64,000 bases of DNA from contig OY970192.1 in NCBI GenBank assembly GCA_963708135.1, positions 2,496,001 through 2,560,000 on the forward strand, read 5' to 3'. Below, one piece after another: positions 1-9,376 of the stretch (positions are counted from its first letter, which is position 1; every line of letters begins with the position of its first letter). A program made the translations under genes and the position numbers. This DNA comes from an uncultured Gemmatimonadales bacterium. GTDB lineage: Bacteria > Gemmatimonadota > Gemmatimonadetes > Longimicrobiales > RSA9. The notes under the pieces were generated by a model, which was given only the letters and a program-made list of their open reading frames with translations, searched no databases and was not told where the DNA came from.

Positions 1-2297
1 AGCAGGTAGCGCAGGTCCTCCCGGCTCCGAACGTACGGCACCAGCGGCGCGTAGCGCGCGTGCACCGCCGGCCAGTCGGCACCGTGGAGGTTGGGCGCGT
101 AGAAGAAGTCGCGCTCGATGCGCCACGCCTCCTCGAAGACCTGCTTCCATTCCTCGGCCGGGTCCACCTTCATCCGCAGCGCCACGTCGATCTTCCCCTC
201 GCCCGGCTTGGGCGCCGCGGCCGTGCCGACAATGTGCCACGCCGGCCCCTGCCGGAAGAGCAGCTTCTGGCCGTCGGCCGAGACCGAGATGCCGCTCGCG
301 CCGTGCAGGAAGTCCTCCTCCTTCCGCTTCTTCATGTCGAAGCGGTGGACCGTGAGCCCGGGCGCGTTCTCGACCCGCTCGGAGAGGAAGACCACGCCAT
401 CGGGGCCCGCCGTCAGGGCGCTGTAGCGGCGCACCGGCACCGGCAGCGCCACGATGCGGCGGCCGATGCCGTCCGGATCGATGCGCACGTGGGCGACCGA
501 GTCCGACTTCGCCCCTCCTGGCGACGCACCCGGCGCCGCCTTCCTCCCGGCCGCGGCCTTGCCCGAGTCCTCGGCGGCCGCCACCCCCTTCTCCTCGTCG
601 CTCTCCGGTGCGAACGGGGTGGCGTCCTCCTTCCGCAGCACGGCCACGTAGGCGCCGTACGTCGGCCGCGCCTGCTCGTTGCTCAGGTTGGCCCAGCCGC
701 TGGCCAGCCCCAGGTCCGTGCTGGCCAGGAAGTAGAGCCACCGACCACCCCGGTCCCATGCCGGCGAGACGGCGTCCGCGAGCTCGTTCGTGAGCGCCGT
801 CGCCTGCCCCGTCTCGGCGGACCACACCACGACGCGGTGGAAGTGGTTCGGGTACTCCTTCGCGTACGCCAGCCACCTCGAGTCCGGCGACCACGTAAGG
901 CCGAGCCCGCCGCGGTTCTGGATCGTGCCATCGGTGTCCGGCGACATGAGCTTGCCGGAGGCCACAACCATGACGTGGATGCGCGCGCGCTGGTCCACCC
1001 ATGCCATGTGCTTCCCGTCCGGCGACCACGCGGCCGACCACGCGTACTTCGTCTCATCGCCGAGCGGGACCTGGCGCGGCTTCGTGAGGGCGTCCTGGTC
1101 GCCGATCAGCAGCTTGTATCCCGGGCCTTCATCCGAGAACCACGCCACCTGCCTGCCGTCCGGCGACCACATGGGCGAGCGGTCCGCCGCACCCGACGAG
1201 CGCGTCAGGTCGCGCACGTCGCCCTTCTCCGCCGGGACCGTGAAGATGTCGCCCCTCGCCTCGAAGAGCGCCCGCTTCCCCGTCGGCGAGAGCGAGGACG
1301 AGGCGATCTCCCGGCTCACGTCCTCCCAGTGCGGCATGGCCCACGGGAAGTCGCCGTGCACCGCGATGTCCAGCTTCTTCGCCTGCCGCGTGGACGGGTC
1401 CAGCAGCCACAGCCAGCCGTCCTCCTCGAACGCCAGCGCGTCCGCCGCCCCGCCGCCCAGGCTCTTCACGTCCGCGTCCTTGAAGTGCGTGACCTGCGCC
1501 AGCTCCTTCGTGGCGACGTCGTAGCTCCACACGTTCGTCGCGTAGTCCCGGTCCGAGAGGAACCAGACCTTCCCGCCCTGCCAGACCGGCCACGTGTCCG
1601 TGGTGTGCTCGTTCGGCAGCTTGACCTCGGAGAGGTCGGAGAGGTCCAGGATCGTGAGCGGCGTGTTCTGCCCGCCCCGGTAGTTCCTGAACTCCACGTC
1701 CCAGCGGTCCACGCGGTCCACCACCAGCCGCTTCCCGTCCGGCGAGAACGAGCCGCGCATCGCCATCGCCTCCGGCACCTGGTGCGGCGGCCCGCCCGCC
1801 ACCGGCACCAGCCACAGGTGAGCGTATGGCACCGGCGCCGAGCCGCGGTCCGACGCGTAGAGCACCTCCCTGCCATCCGGGCTCCACCCCCGCGCGAACG
1901 AAGGCGACGGGTGCCACGTCAGCCGCCGCGGCTCCCCGCCTCCCGCCGCCACCACCCACACCTCCGGCGTCCCCGTCCGGTTCGACGTGAACGCGATCCA
2001 CCGTCCGTCCGGCGAGAAGTGCGGGTCCGTCTCGATCGCCGGCGTCGCCGTGAGCCGCCTGGCCTCGCCGCCGTTCCGGCCCGCCACCCAGAGGTCGCCG
2101 CCGTACTCGAACGCCACCTCCGTGGCCGAGAGCGTCGGCTCGCGCAGCAGCCGCGTGCCCTGGGCCTCCGCCGCCGCCGCCGCGAGCATCACCGCGAACA
2201 GGGCCGGGAGCAGCACGAGAAGCAGCCCACGAGCCCCGGACGCTGCCGGCTCACGGCGGGCGGGATCAACTGCCGGACGGGTGCCGAGCGGAGGCAT
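1..2297 (-). CDS. Tricorn-type S41 family protease (PD40/beta-propeller repeats); 3' end runs off the window start
   Basis: Not in the ORF track (open at the edge); translated by hand from ATG 2297 with a GAGGT RBS: MPPLGTRP...LLLVLLPALFAVMLAAAAAEAQ|GTRLLREPTLSATEVAFEYGGDLW...PHFSPDGRWIAFTS, repeated WSPDG blades, and ERDFFYAPNLHGADW near position 100, typical of tricorn proteases. Confidence 0.9.
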   Translation of the reverse strand, partial: MPPLGTRPAVDPARREPAASGARGLLLVLLPALFAVMLAAAAAEAQGTRLLREPTLSATEVAFEYGGDLWVAGRNGGEARRLTATPAIETDPHFSPDGRWIAFTSNRTGTPEVWVVAAGGGEPRRLTWHPSPSFARGWSPDGREVLYASDRGSAPVPYAHLWLVPVAGGPPHQVPEAMAMRGSFSPDGKRLVVDRVDRWDVEFRNYRGGQNTPLTILDLSDLSEVKLPNEHTTDTWPVWQGGKVWFLSDRDYATNVWSYDVATKELAQVTHFKDADVKSLGGGAADALAFEEDGWLWLLDPSTRQAKKLDIAVHGDFPWAMPHWEDVSREIASSSLSPTGKRALFEARGDIFTVPAEKGDVRDLTRSSGAADRSPMWSPDGRQVAWFSDEGPGYKLLIGDQDALTKPRQVPLGDETKYAWSAAWSPDGKHMAWVDQRARIHVMVVASGKLMSPDTDGTIQNRGGLGLTWSPDSRWLAYAKEYPNHFHRVVVWSAETGQATALTNELADAVSPAWDRGGRWLYFLASTDLGLASGWANLSNEQARPTYGAYVAVLRKEDATPFAPESDEEKGVAAAEDSGKAAAGRKAAPGASPGGAKSDSVAHVRIDPDGIGRRIVALPVPVRRYSALTAGPDGVVFLSERVENAPGLTVHRFDMKKRKEEDFLHGASGISVSADGQKLLFRQGPAWHIVGTAAAPKPGEGKIDVALRMKVDPAEEWKQVFEEAWRIERDFFYAPNLHGADWPAVHARYAPLVPYVRSREDLRYL

Positions 2298-2397
2298 GGC
2301 CCTACCTCGATCTGTGGTGCAATCAGTGGAGCGGAAGGGCCAATGTAAGCGGCGGCCGCCGGAGCGGTAAAGGGCGCCGGGCTGCGGCCGGGCGCCG

Positions 2398-3333
2398 CTA
2401 CTGCCGCGCCCCGGGCGGCTGCGGCCTCCCGGGCGCCGAAGGCGCGGGCGGGGCGAGCAAGGCACCGATCGGGACCGCCACCACGGAGTCGCGGCCGCGC
2501 CGGAGGAGCCCGCGCACGGAGTCGATCTCGATCCGCGGCGCGTCGTAGCCGGCCCGCACCAGGACCTGCACGAGGTCCTCCACCCCCGTGCCCCTCCCGT
2601 AGACGTCCGGCAGCACGGCCACCGTGTCGCCACGCACTTCGGCCGTCTCGTAGACCACCTCCAGCGGCACCGGCTCCGCCAGCTCGATCGTGCGCGTCGC
2701 CCGCGGCAACGCCTCGAGCGAGTCGAGCTCGGCCGCGCTGACGTCGCCGGAGGCGTGCGCGTGGACCAGCCGCGCCAGCGCGATCGCGTCCTCGTTCCGC
2801 ATGCGCACGCACCCGTGCGACGCCGCGCTCCCGATGGACGCCTCGCTCGGCGTGCCGTGCAGGAAATAGTAGGGGCTGAAATAGAGCTTCACCCGCCCCA
2901 TCGGATTCCTGGGCCCCGGCGGCGTCACCCTCTCACGCGCCGCCCACGCCCGCTCCGGCGGCGTCCACCAGGGGTTCCACACCACCCGCGTCACGGCGAA
3001 GCCGCCCCTCGGCGTCGGATACCGCCGCATCCCCACCGCGACCGGGAAGGTGCGCACCAGCCGCGTGCCCTCGTACGCCTCCGGCCGGTACGCCGGGATG
3101 TTCAGGCGCAGGCGGAACCGCGGCACCTGCGCCCGGGCAGGCGCCGCCGCGCCAAGCGCGGAGGGACTCGCGGCCACCGCGAACGCCGCCGTCCCGCACG
3201 CGTCCGGGATCGCGCCGGCGCAGCCCGCCACCGCCGCGGCCGCCAGCGCCAGCCCGGCCGCACGCGCCAGCGAGCTGCCGACCGCGGCGCGCGGCGCGGC
3301 CGGAGCACCGCGATGGCCGCCCCGTTCCTTCAT
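2398..3333 (-). CDS. L,D-transpeptidase (YkuD family), probable lipoprotein
   Basis: LHGTPSEASIGSAASHGCVRM catalytic motif; FPVAVG..YPTP; NPMG; lipobox-like VAGC; GGAGG RBS. Confidence 0.92.
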   Translation of the reverse strand: MKERGGHRGAPAAPRAAVGSSLARAAGLALAAAAVAGCAGAIPDACGTAAFAVAASPSALGAAAPARAQVPRFRLRLNIPAYRPEAYEGTRLVRTFPVAVGMRRYPTPRGGFAVTRVVWNPWWTPPERAWAARERVTPPGPRNPMGRVKLYFSPYYFLHGTPSEASIGSAASHGCVRMRNEDAIALARLVHAHASGDVSAAELDSLEALPRATRTIELAEPVPLEVVYETAEVRGDTVAVLPDVYGRGTGVEDLVQVLVRAGYDAPRIEIDSVRGLLRRGRDSVVAVPIGALLAPPAPSAPGRPQPPGARQ

Positions 3334-3843
3334 CGCCCGCCTCCTTCCGCGGCACCGCCCTTCCGCCGCTCCACGGCTCCCTCGACCGAGACCCGCTGCG
3401 GCTCCGAGGAGCGCTCCACCCCCTGGCGCTCAGAGAGAGAGTCGTGCCGCCGCGCGAAGCTCCGGACCCCGACGCCCGGCGTCGCCCGAAGGGCCGGTCG
3501 GCACGGCGGTTTCCCCGCCTGGCGGCGGCTCCGGCCGGCCGCCGCGTCGTGCCCCGCTGCGGCGCCCGATCGGGCGATCCTGAGGACACCGTGGGACATT
3601 CCTGCCTCACCCGCACCCCCAGCGCTGCCGGCCGGAGCAACTTGCGGCCGCGCCGTAAGCGCCACGCGCACAAGCGCGTGCGGGATCCGCGCCGGCGGAC
3701 CGGCGGCCGGCGGCGGCGTGGCCGGCAAAATGCCGCCGTGCCTGGGGCAGGACCGCGCGGGCGACGAGCTCGGCGGACGGGAGGGAGTGGAACGGGACTC
3801 TGGTCGTGCCACCGCCGCGGCGGTGACGCCGCGGGAGGCGACG

Positions 3844-4524
3844 ATGCCGAATGGACCCCCACCCGTGCCCGTGGGGCGCGAGGTGGTCGTGAACGCTGCG
3901 GGCGTGGAGCTCGAGGGCGAGTTGGTGCTGCCGGAAGGCGCGGAGGCGCTCGTCCTCTTCGCGCACGGCAGCGGCAGCAGCCGCTTCAGCCCGCGCAACC
4001 GTGCCGTGGCGGAGGTGCTCCAGGCCGCGCGGCTCGGCACTCTCCTCTTCGACCTGCTCACCTCGGAGGAGGACCTCGTCGATCGGATCACGGCGGGGCT
4101 GCGCTTCGACATCCCGCTGCTGGCCGAGCGGCTCGCGGGGGCGACGGACTGGGTTCTGGCGGGCGCCGGGACCGGCGGCCTGCGGCTCGGCTACTTCGGG
4201 GCGAGCACCGGCGCGGCCGCGGCGCTCATCGCGGCCGCGGACCGGCCCGCGGCCGTGGGCGCCGTGGTTTCCCGGGGCGGGCGCCCCGATCTGGCGGCGG
4301 GCGCGCTCCGCCGCGTCCGTGCTCCCACGCTGCTCGTGGTGGGAGAGCGCGACGCCGAGGTGCTCGCGCTCAATCGGGAGGCGCTGGCCGTGCTTGGCGC
4401 GGCGAACCGCCTGGAGGTGGTGGCGGGTGCCACGCACCTCTTCGAGGAGCCGGGCACCCTGAACACCGTGGCGGAGCTGGCGCGCGACTGGTTCCTGACG
4501 CACCTCATCGCCGGCGGGGCGTGA
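3844..4524 (+). CDS. Dienelactone hydrolase-like alpha/beta hydrolase
   Basis: Start set at MPNGPPP (GGAGG RBS); LFAHGSGSSRFSPRN, YFGASTG nucleophile elbow, SRGGRPDLA, GATHLFEEPG. Confidence 0.88.
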   Translation: MPNGPPPVPVGREVVVNAAGVELEGELVLPEGAEALVLFAHGSGSSRFSPRNRAVAEVLQAARLGTLLFDLLTSEEDLVDRITAGLRFDIPLLAERLAGATDWVLAGAGTGGLRLGYFGASTGAAAALIAAADRPAAVGAVVSRGGRPDLAAGALRRVRAPTLLVVGERDAEVLALNREALAVLGAANRLEVVAGATHLFEEPGTLNTVAELARDWFLTHLIAGGA

Positions 4525-4535
4525 GTGGTGGCGTC

Positions 4536-5198
4536 TCAGGCGCCGATGCCCGCCTCGGTTGGAGCAGCGTCGGCCAGCAACCGGCGGACGGTTGCGTCAT
4601 CGAGCTGCGGGAACCGCTCGTACCAGACACCGATCGCGTAGAACGGGCGCGGGCTCGCCAGGCAGACGAGCGCGTCCACCTCCCGCTCCAGCCGCGCGCA
4701 TGCGTCCGGCGGCGCCACGGGCGTGGCCAGCACGATCCGCGCGGGTCCCATCGCGCGCAACGCCCGCACCGCCGCCCGCGCGGTCGAGCCGGTCGCGATC
4801 CCGTCGTCCACGAGGATGACCGTCCAATCCCGCACGTCCAGCGCCGGCGCGCTGCCGCGATAGGCACGCTCCCGACGCACCACCTCGCGCCGCTCTTCCT
4901 CCGCGACGCCTTCGATCACGGCCGCCGGGATGCCCAGCTCACTCACGACCTGCTCGTTCAGGACCCGCACCCCGCCCCCCGCCACCGCGCCCATCGCCAG
5001 CTCCGGCTGCCAGGGCATTCCCAGCTTGCGCACCACAAGCACGTCCAGCGGAGCGCCGAGCCCCCGCGCGACCTCGGCGCCGACCTCGACCCCTCCCCGC
5101 GGCAGCGCCAGCACGCAGACGTCGGAGCGACCCGCGTACGTGGCCAGCCGCTCCGCCAGCCGCCGGCCGGCGTCCTGGCGATCCAGGAAGATCCTCAT
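4536..5198 (-). CDS. Phosphoribosyltransferase family protein
   Basis: Start MRIFLDRQDAGRRLAERL (AAAGGAG RBS); LALPRGG, VRKLG.P..PELAMGA, PRPP-binding VILVDDGIATGST. Confidence 0.92.
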   Translation of the reverse strand: MRIFLDRQDAGRRLAERLATYAGRSDVCVLALPRGGVEVGAEVARGLGAPLDVLVVRKLGMPWQPELAMGAVAGGGVRVLNEQVVSELGIPAAVIEGVAEEERREVVRRERAYRGSAPALDVRDWTVILVDDGIATGSTARAAVRALRAMGPARIVLATPVAPPDACARLEREVDALVCLASPRPFYAIGVWYERFPQLDDATVRRLLADAAPTEAGIGA

Positions 5199-5521
5199 GT
5201 CCGCTCCTTTCCCTGGACAACGACAGGCGCACCCAATGCTCCCCTGCCTTGCCGACCGCCGGAACGCCACGGCGGGTTTCGTGCCGCGCCGAATCGGGCC
5301 GGGCTCCGCGGTCCGGGAAGGCGAGCGCGCACCGGCAGGACGATCTGCCCCCTCCATCCTCCCGGCCAATGTCTCGGATGGCCCCGGCGCGGAGCGGAGC
5401 GACGTGTGGAGCTGGAATGCCATGTGGCGGGCCGCTGGCTTCGCGCTGGGCGTCTCGGCGTTCATCTTCTGAGCTGGTGCCACCCCGCAGGCGCCCGCCG
5501 GCGCCGCGGCGTGCCGTCCCC

Positions 5522-6097
5522 TCAGCCGCCCTCCCTCCGGGCCACCGGCGGCGGCCCGTGGCGCGCGTGCAGGAGGTCCTCCAGGAACGTCACCTCCTCC
5601 TGCAGCCGTGCGAGATCGCTCTCCAGCTGCTCGATCCGGTCGAGCGCCGGCTCGCCCGCAGGAAGCCCGGCCTGCGGGCGGCGGGGCGGGAGCGCGGCGC
5701 GCGCCGCGGGCGAGCGAGCGCCGCCCAGCAGCCAGCTGACCAGCTCGCCGCCGGCCGCCCGGCCCAGGCCGCCGATCCGCAGCGTGCCCCGCCGCGTCTT
5801 CACGAGGACCTTGCTGCGCACGACCCCGTGCTGAAACGCCTGCTCGATCCGCGGCAGCGCCACGTAGATCTGCTGGCGCGTAGGGCTCTCGCGGTCCTGG
5901 AGGCAGACCAGCCGCCGGTCCGTGACCACCACGAACCAGCGGCCGAGCCGCGGCAGCCATGTGGTGCGGACCCGGCCGCGCGCCACGAACACCGCCCGCT
6001 CCCCCTCGAGCAGCACCTCCGAGAGGTCCGGCACGTGTCCACCGCCGAGCCCCCGGGGCTCGGGCACCGGCGCGCTCGCCCGCCCATCGTCGTTCAT
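5522..6097 (-). CDS. Hypothetical protein, bacterial PH-like domain plus C-terminal coiled coil
   Basis: FVVVTDRRLV strand pattern resembles bPH domains; DRIEQLESDLARLQEEVTFLEDLL heptads. Confidence 0.6.
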   Translation of the reverse strand: MNDDGRASAPVPEPRGLGGGHVPDLSEVLLEGERAVFVARGRVRTTWLPRLGRWFVVVTDRRLVCLQDRESPTRQQIYVALPRIEQAFQHGVVRSKVLVKTRRGTLRIGGLGRAAGGELVSWLLGGARSPAARAALPPRRPQAGLPAGEPALDRIEQLESDLARLQEEVTFLEDLLHARHGPPPVARREGG

Positions 6098-6113
6098 CGG
6101 TCGGCTCCCCGAG

Positions 6114-7520
6114 TCAGCCCTGCGGCGCCACCTGGTACTGCTCCAGCTTGCCGTCGGGCATCTGGTACGTCCAGACCCGCAGCGTCCGGTCGGGCAGGAC
6201 CACCCGGAACGAGCGCTCGAGCATGCCGCCGCGCTCCGACTGCCCCGTCTGCACCACCGCCTTCGGCGCGCCGAGCGGCCCCAGGCTGGACTGGAAGTCC
6301 TTCAGCGCCTGCGCGCTGAAGTAGGCGTTGGCGTCCGCCGTGAACAGCGAGCGGTCGATCGTGCCGTGCTGCAGCCCGACGAAGATCTGCTTCGCCTGCT
6401 CCGTGCGCTCGGCCGTCTGCGCGTCCTGCGTGTTGAACAGGATCCGCGAGACGCCCCGCGCGATGGCGCCCGACGCCGGCGCGGCGTCCTGGTTCGTGAG
6501 CACCACCACGGCCGCGCTGTCGTCCGGGAACACCATGTTCTCCGCCGTGAACCCCGACACCTCGCCGCTGTGCGAGATGACGCGATGGCCCGACTGCATT
6601 CCCACCTCGACGCCCAGCCCGTAGCCGGTACCCACGCCGTTCAGGAGCGGCACTTCCGCCTCGAGCTGCTTGTAGGACGCTGGGCTGAGCAGGCTCTGGT
6701 CGATCAGGGAGACGTCCCACTTCGCCAGGTCGGCCGCCGTCATGGCCAGCTCGCCCGCCCCCGCCATCCAGCCGGCCGCCTCCTCCGGCGCCGGGCGCAG
6801 CGGCCCCAGGCCGTAGCGCATGTAGCCGGACGCGTCCGCCGCGGTCATCTTCCCCTTGTCGAAGTCCACCGCGCTGGCGAGGCCCAGCGGGGCGAGGATC
6901 CGCTCGTGCAGGAACTGGAAGAACGGCTCGCCCGTGATCTTCTCCACGATCTGGGCCGCGATCACGAAGTTCGTGTTGCTGTACTGCCAGCGCGTCCCGG
7001 GCGCGAAGTCCAGCGGCCGCTTGGCCCAGCGGTCCAGGATCCCCTGGGGCGGCATCGGCTCGAGCATCATCGGCGGGACGTAGTCCTGTGGCCAGAAGTC
7101 CTGGTAGCCCGAGGTGTGAGAGAGCAGCTCCCGCACCGTCACCTCGTCGGACCGCGTCAACTCCGGCAGCCACTTCGAGACCGGATCGTCCAGCGAGAGC
7201 TTCCCCTCCTGCTGGAGCAGCAGGATCGTCGCGGCCGTGAACTGCTTGCTGATCGAGCCGATCGCATAGCGCATGTTCGGCTTCGCCGCCACGCGCGGGT
7301 CCAGCTTCGCCGCGCCGTAGGCCTGCGCGAACACGACCTTGCCGTGCCGAACCACCGCGACCGACGCGCTCGGCACGCCCGTCGCCTTGAGCACCTGCTG
7401 CGCGACCGCGTCCACCTTCGCGGCGAGCCCATCCCGCCCCGCCCCCGTCTGCGCCGCCGCCGGCGCCGCCCACACCGTCGCGGCGAGCACCACGCCCGCC
7501 AGCCGCTGCCTCGTCCTCAT
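6114..7520 (-). CDS. Secreted serine hydrolase, beta-lactamase/PBP-like family
   Basis: Start MRTRQRLAG with signal peptide; SISK (SxxK), LLSHTSG, YSN and HSG motifs. Confidence 0.9.
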   Translation of the reverse strand: MRTRQRLAGVVLAATVWAAPAAAQTGAGRDGLAAKVDAVAQQVLKATGVPSASVAVVRHGKVVFAQAYGAAKLDPRVAAKPNMRYAIGSISKQFTAATILLLQQEGKLSLDDPVSKWLPELTRSDEVTVRELLSHTSGYQDFWPQDYVPPMMLEPMPPQGILDRWAKRPLDFAPGTRWQYSNTNFVIAAQIVEKITGEPFFQFLHERILAPLGLASAVDFDKGKMTAADASGYMRYGLGPLRPAPEEAAGWMAGAGELAMTAADLAKWDVSLIDQSLLSPASYKQLEAEVPLLNGVGTGYGLGVEVGMQSGHRVISHSGEVSGFTAENMVFPDDSAAVVVLTNQDAAPASGAIARGVSRILFNTQDAQTAERTEQAKQIFVGLQHGTIDRSLFTADANAYFSAQALKDFQSSLGPLGAPKAVVQTGQSERGGMLERSFRVVLPDRTLRVWTYQMPDGKLEQYQVAPQG

Positions 7521-7605
7521 CCGTTTCCTCTTCCGTTCGGGGGCCATCGCCCGCCATCTTGCGCGGGCCAGCGCGGTTCGCCCGACCAGCGCCGGCGAGC
7601 GCGAT

Positions 7606-8265
7606 TCACGCCGCCGCGTCCGGCTTCGTCCAACGCAGCGAGAGCACCCGCGGCGGCGCGTCCGGTGCCGCACCAGCCTCCCGCCACTCGCCCAGGTGGG
7701 CCAGCACCAGCCCGGCCCCGAGGCCCACCTCCACATGCTCGCTCAGCATATGCAGGAACGCCGGGATGCGCACCTCCTCCACGTCCTCGGGCAACGCGAA
7801 ACGGGCCTGCCCGCCCCGCAGCTGGCGGTACGGGTGGTACTCGCAGACGCGCAGCTCGCCGCCCGGCCGCAGCACCCGCGCGCACTCCGTGACGACCGGC
7901 GCGAGCCGCTCCACGTGTTCCAGCACCAGCGTGATCACCACCACGTCCGCGCACGCATCGGCCAGCGGCAGCCCGTCGCGGAGGTCCTGCCGCACCAGCC
8001 CCACGCGCGCTGCGGGCAGGCGCGCCCGCGCGCGCACGAGCATCTCCTCGGAGAAGTCCATGGCGACGACGGCGCCCGCACTCTGCGCGAGCCACGCCGT
8101 GTTTCCGCCCGTGCCGCAGCCCAGCTCGACCACCGTCCCCGCCGCGGGCGACATGGCGCGCAGCGCCTCGGCGGCAAGGTCCCGCGTGCGGTTGGCGGCC
8201 GCGTCGTAGCGTGCGGCCCAACGGTCGTACAGCGCGGCAACGTTGCCTTCCCGGCTCAGCCCCAT
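7606..8265 (-). CDS. Class I SAM-dependent methyltransferase
   Basis: VELGCGTG motif I; DFSEEML; RVLRPGG. Confidence 0.88.
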   Translation of the reverse strand: MGLSREGNVAALYDRWAARYDAAANRTRDLAAEALRAMSPAAGTVVELGCGTGGNTAWLAQSAGAVVAMDFSEEMLVRARARLPAARVGLVRQDLRDGLPLADACADVVVITLVLEHVERLAPVVTECARVLRPGGELRVCEYHPYRQLRGGQARFALPEDVEEVRIPAFLHMLSEHVEVGLGAGLVLAHLGEWREAGAAPDAPPRVLSLRWTKPDAAA

Positions 8266-8293
8266 TCCGCCCCCGCGCCCGGCACCCGCGCCG

Positions 8294-9184
8294 TCACTGC
8301 GCCGCGAGCCCGAGCTTCTTCCGGACGAACGGCCGCACGAACGCCGATGGAGGGTTGTGCGCCCGCGCCAGCTCGTACGCCTTCCGGTAGAGCGCCGCGG
8401 CCTGCTCCTTCTTCCCCCGCTTCTCGTAGGTCATCGCGAGCAGCGTGAGCATGAACGGGTCCCGCTGGTTGCCCTTCAGCGCGACCGCCTTCTCCAGGTC
8501 CGCCTGCGCGCGCGCCAGGTCGTTCGTGTACAGCGCCACATAGCCCGTGAGGTAGGGGAAGAAGCGCTCCTGCTGGCGCGCAACGGCCGTGTCGGAGTCC
8601 AGCGCCAGCCGCGCCGCGGCGACCTGCTTCGCCGCTTCCGCCCTGTCCCCCCGCCGCGCCGCGATCCGCCCCAGCGCGTGCGCCAGCCGGAAATCCCACA
8701 GCGCCTGCGGGTGCGTCATCGGCGCCGGCTCGCGCATCCCCAGCGCGTACCCGAGACGGTACCACTTCTCCGCGGAGGCCAGGTCCCCGGCGTCGATGCA
8801 CACGCGCGCACCCTCGTCCGCCAGCTCGCCCTCCTGATAGAACGCGTCCTGCGGGGCCGCCGCCTCCCGCGTCTTCCAGTAGTCGATCCCCATCTGCTCG
8901 TACTTCAGCGTGTTCGGACAGTCCCCATCGAACGCGTAGGACATTGCCATCTGCCGCTGCGCCGCCGCCTTCGCCTCCGGGTTGGCGGCGGAGTCGATCG
9001 CAGCCTGGATGATCCTGCGCGCCTCGCTCGTCTTCCCCTCGAGGTCAAGGCGCGCCGCCTCCCGCATGGCCGGCGAGGGCCCGCGTCCCTGCTGCTGCGC
9101 GGCCGCCGGGACCGCCGCCCCCGCCAGCAGCGCCCCCACGCTCATGGAGAGGAGCCGCACGCCGATCGTTCCGGTCGCCATCAT
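8294..9184 (-). CDS. Secreted TPR-like helical repeat protein
   Basis: Signal peptide ending AAA|QQQ; TPR-like helices (AQADLEKAVAL, LLAMTYEKRGKKEQAAALYRKAYEL); AGGAGG RBS. Confidence 0.7.
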   Translation of the reverse strand: MMATGTIGVRLLSMSVGALLAGAAVPAAAQQQGRGPSPAMREAARLDLEGKTSEARRIIQAAIDSAANPEAKAAAQRQMAMSYAFDGDCPNTLKYEQMGIDYWKTREAAAPQDAFYQEGELADEGARVCIDAGDLASAEKWYRLGYALGMREPAPMTHPQALWDFRLAHALGRIAARRGDRAEAAKQVAAARLALDSDTAVARQQERFFPYLTGYVALYTNDLARAQADLEKAVALKGNQRDPFMLTLLAMTYEKRGKKEQAAALYRKAYELARAHNPPSAFVRPFVRKKLGLAAQ

Positions 9185-9376
9185 CGCCTCCTGTTGAGGT
9201 CACCGCCCTGCCACTTGTCGTTCTCCTCCCAGTCCCCTCTTCGAGCCCCCGGATCTCCGTCTCCATCCCACGCCTCCCGCGCGCCACGCCCACCCCCACC
9301 GCCGGAACCCGCGCCCTCTCCGCCGTGTTCGATTCTTGCTGCAGAAGCGAGCCCCCGGACCTTGGAGTCCATTTCG

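Noticed and set aside
3400..3560. Hairpin-rich leader upstream of the L,D-transpeptidase, loosely resembling a cyclic-dinucleotide riboswitch
   Set aside because: Lacks the conserved GCAAA/GACGCAAAG (c-di-GMP-I) and GUCAGCUAACC (c-di-AMP) cores; hairpins are expected at this GC content. An Infernal search would be needed to revive it.
6114..7520. Calling the SxxK hydrolase an antibiotic-resistance beta-lactamase
   Set aside because: The motifs are shared with D-peptidases and esterases of the family; the third motif is HSG rather than KTG, and there is no mobile context.
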